In this document: one piece after another, positions 22,789 to 24,000 of the stretch
Layout of the letters: each line of letters begins with the position of its first letter
How positions within the stretch are numbered: position 1 is the first letter of the stretch
From: Rhodococcus sp. HM1
GTDB taxonomy: Bacteria > Actinomycetota > Actinomycetes > Mycobacteriales > Mycobacteriaceae
Length of the DNA stretch: 24,000 nt
Assembly: GCF_023218075.1 (NCBI RefSeq)
Contig: NZ_JALPTB010000063.1
Location: 14,980-38,979, forward strand
Reading direction: 5' to 3'
The notes under the pieces: model-generated
Databases searched by the model: none
What the model was told of the DNA's origin: nothing
The model's input: only the letters and a program-made list of their open reading frames with translations
Made by a program: the position numbers and the translations under genes

Positions 22789-24000
22789 ATGAATGCGCAG
22801 TTGTGTGTCGATTCCGAGGTCGGGGCCCTCACGACGGTCCTGCTGCACCGGCCCGGTGCGGAACTCGAGCGGCTGACGCCCCGCAACAACGACCAGTTGC
22901 TGTTCGACGCGTTGCCGTGGGTGGCGCGCGCCCAGGAGGAACACGACGCCTTCGCCGAGCTGCTGCGCAGCCGTGGGGTCGAGGTGCTGCTGCTCGCAGA
23001 TCTGCTCCGCGAAACCCTCGAGGTCAGCGGCGCCGCGCGCATCCAGGGGATTTCCTCGGCCGTCGACCCGCGCAGGCTCGGGCACGCGCTCGCGCAGGAC
23101 CTGGCCGCGCACCTGCGGACGCTGCCGGCCCCGGAACTGACCCGGATTCTGGTCGCGGGAATGACGTTCGACGAACTGCCCGAAATCGGCACGGCAGGCC
23201 CGCCGTCGCTGGTGCGGCTCATGCACCACGGCGGCGACTTCGTGATCGATCCCCTGCCGAATCTGCTGTTCACCCGCGACTCGTCGTTCTGGATCGGGCC
23301 GCGCGTCGCGATCCCGACGCTCGCGCTGCCCGCCCGTCGGCGCGAGGCCTCGCTCACCGACCTCATCTACGCGTTCCACCCACGGTTCCTCGGGGTGCGC
23401 CGCGCCTACGAATCGCACACCGCGCCCGTCGAAGGCGGCGACGTGCTGCTGCTCGCGCCGGGGGTCATCGCCGTCGGCGTGGGGGAGCGCACCTCACCGG
23501 CCGGTGCGGAAGCATTGGCGCGCAGTGTGTTCGAGGACGGCCTGGCACACACGGTGCTGGCGGTGCCGATCGCGCAGCAGCGGGCGTCGATGCACCTGGA
23601 CACCGTGTGCACGATGGTCGACATCGACGCGGTCGTCATGTATCCGGCGATCCGGGACACGCTCGAGGCCTTCACGATCCGCCGGGACGACGGCGACGCC
23701 CGCATCGGCGGGCCGCGACCGTTCCTCGAGGCCGCGGCCGAGGCGATGGGTATCGACAAGCTCCGTGTCATCGACACCGGCCTGGACTCGGTCGTCGCCG
23801 AACGGGAACAGTGGGACGACGGCAACAACACCCTCGCGGTCGCGCCGGGAGTGGTCGTCGCCTACGAGCGGAACGTCGAGACGAACGCGCGGCTCGAGGC
23901 AGCGGGTATCGAGGTGCTGCGGATCGCCGGGTCGGAACTGGGATCGGGCCGGGGCGGGCCGCGGTGCATGTCGTGCCCGCTCGCACGGGCCGCGCTCTGA
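22789..24000 (+). CDS. arcA: Arginine deiminase
   Basis: 403 aa: [25 protein letters not shown]..., [21 protein letters not shown], and the catalytic Cys in [12 protein letters not shown]. The stop is at 23998-24000, the last three bases of the window. Confidence 0.93.
   Translation: MNAQLCVDSEVGALTTVLLHRPGAELERLTPRNNDQLLFDALPWVARAQEEHDAFAELLRSRGVEVLLLADLLRETLEVSGAARIQGISSAVDPRRLGHALAQDLAAHLRTLPAPELTRILVAGMTFDELPEIGTAGPPSLVRLMHHGGDFVIDPLPNLLFTRDSSFWIGPRVAIPTLALPARRREASLTDLIYAFHPRFLGVRRAYESHTAPVEGGDVLLLAPGVIAVGVGERTSPAGAEALARSVFEDGLAHTVLAVPIAQQRASMHLDTVCTMVDIDAVVMYPAIRDTLEAFTIRRDDGDARIGGPRPFLEAAAEAMGIDKLRVIDTGLDSVVAEREQWDDGNNTLAVAPGVVVAYERNVETNARLEAAGIEVLRIAGSELGSGRGGPRCMSCPLARAAL

Noticed and set aside
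1-24000. Search for CRISPR arrays, IS elements, prophage genes, toxin-antitoxin pairs and known defence-system signatures.
   Set aside because: I saw no regularly spaced direct repeats. I saw no transposase, integrase or recombinase translations and no terminal inverted repeats flanking any block. No small two-gene cassettes with TA-like features were evident.

Overview
High-GC (~68-70% by eye) actinobacterial chromosome, most likely Mycobacteriales (Rhodococcus/Nocardia-like) judging by gene content. From memory, most of the window is collinear with M. tuberculosis Rv0979A-Rv1001. In order it contains: (1) a divergent zinc-starvation ribosome-remodelling locus: Cys-free S18, S14, L33 and L28 on the minus strand, two Zur-box-like palindromes, then a COG0523/Rv0106-like protein, L31 type B and L32 on the plus strand; (2) a UPF0126/TRIC membrane protein; (3) mprA-mprB-pepD-moaB2 with MprA-box-like direct repeats; (4) a lineage-specific insert made of a small ORF, a ~580-bp lower-GC non-coding region and two tandem MspA-family porin genes; (5) the conserved block mscL, SAF-domain protein, ruc (with a CIRCE element), 5-formyl-THF cyclo-ligase, galU, moeA/glp-like, rimJ and a GlpR/SepX-like membrane protein; (6) a methyltransferase and tRNA-Ala(CGC); (7) a variable block with a VOC protein, a small ORF, two tandem GT2 glycosyltransferases (one frameshifted in a homopolymer), a stand-alone CYP102-like P450, an SDR and a nitrobindin-like protein; (8) arcA. 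I saw no transposase, integrase, CRISPR array or recognisable defence system. No clear-cut new system is evident. The best candidates for something undescribed are the GT2-GT2-P450-SDR block, the non-coding region upstream of the porins together with the large insertion in porin 1, and the pseudo-GTPase COG0523 protein. Two r-protein-sized or small ORFs below the ORF-track length cut-off were found by hand: rpmF at 2678-2851 and a 51-aa ORF at 17969-18124. All family assignments come from recalled motifs and sequences, not from searches.
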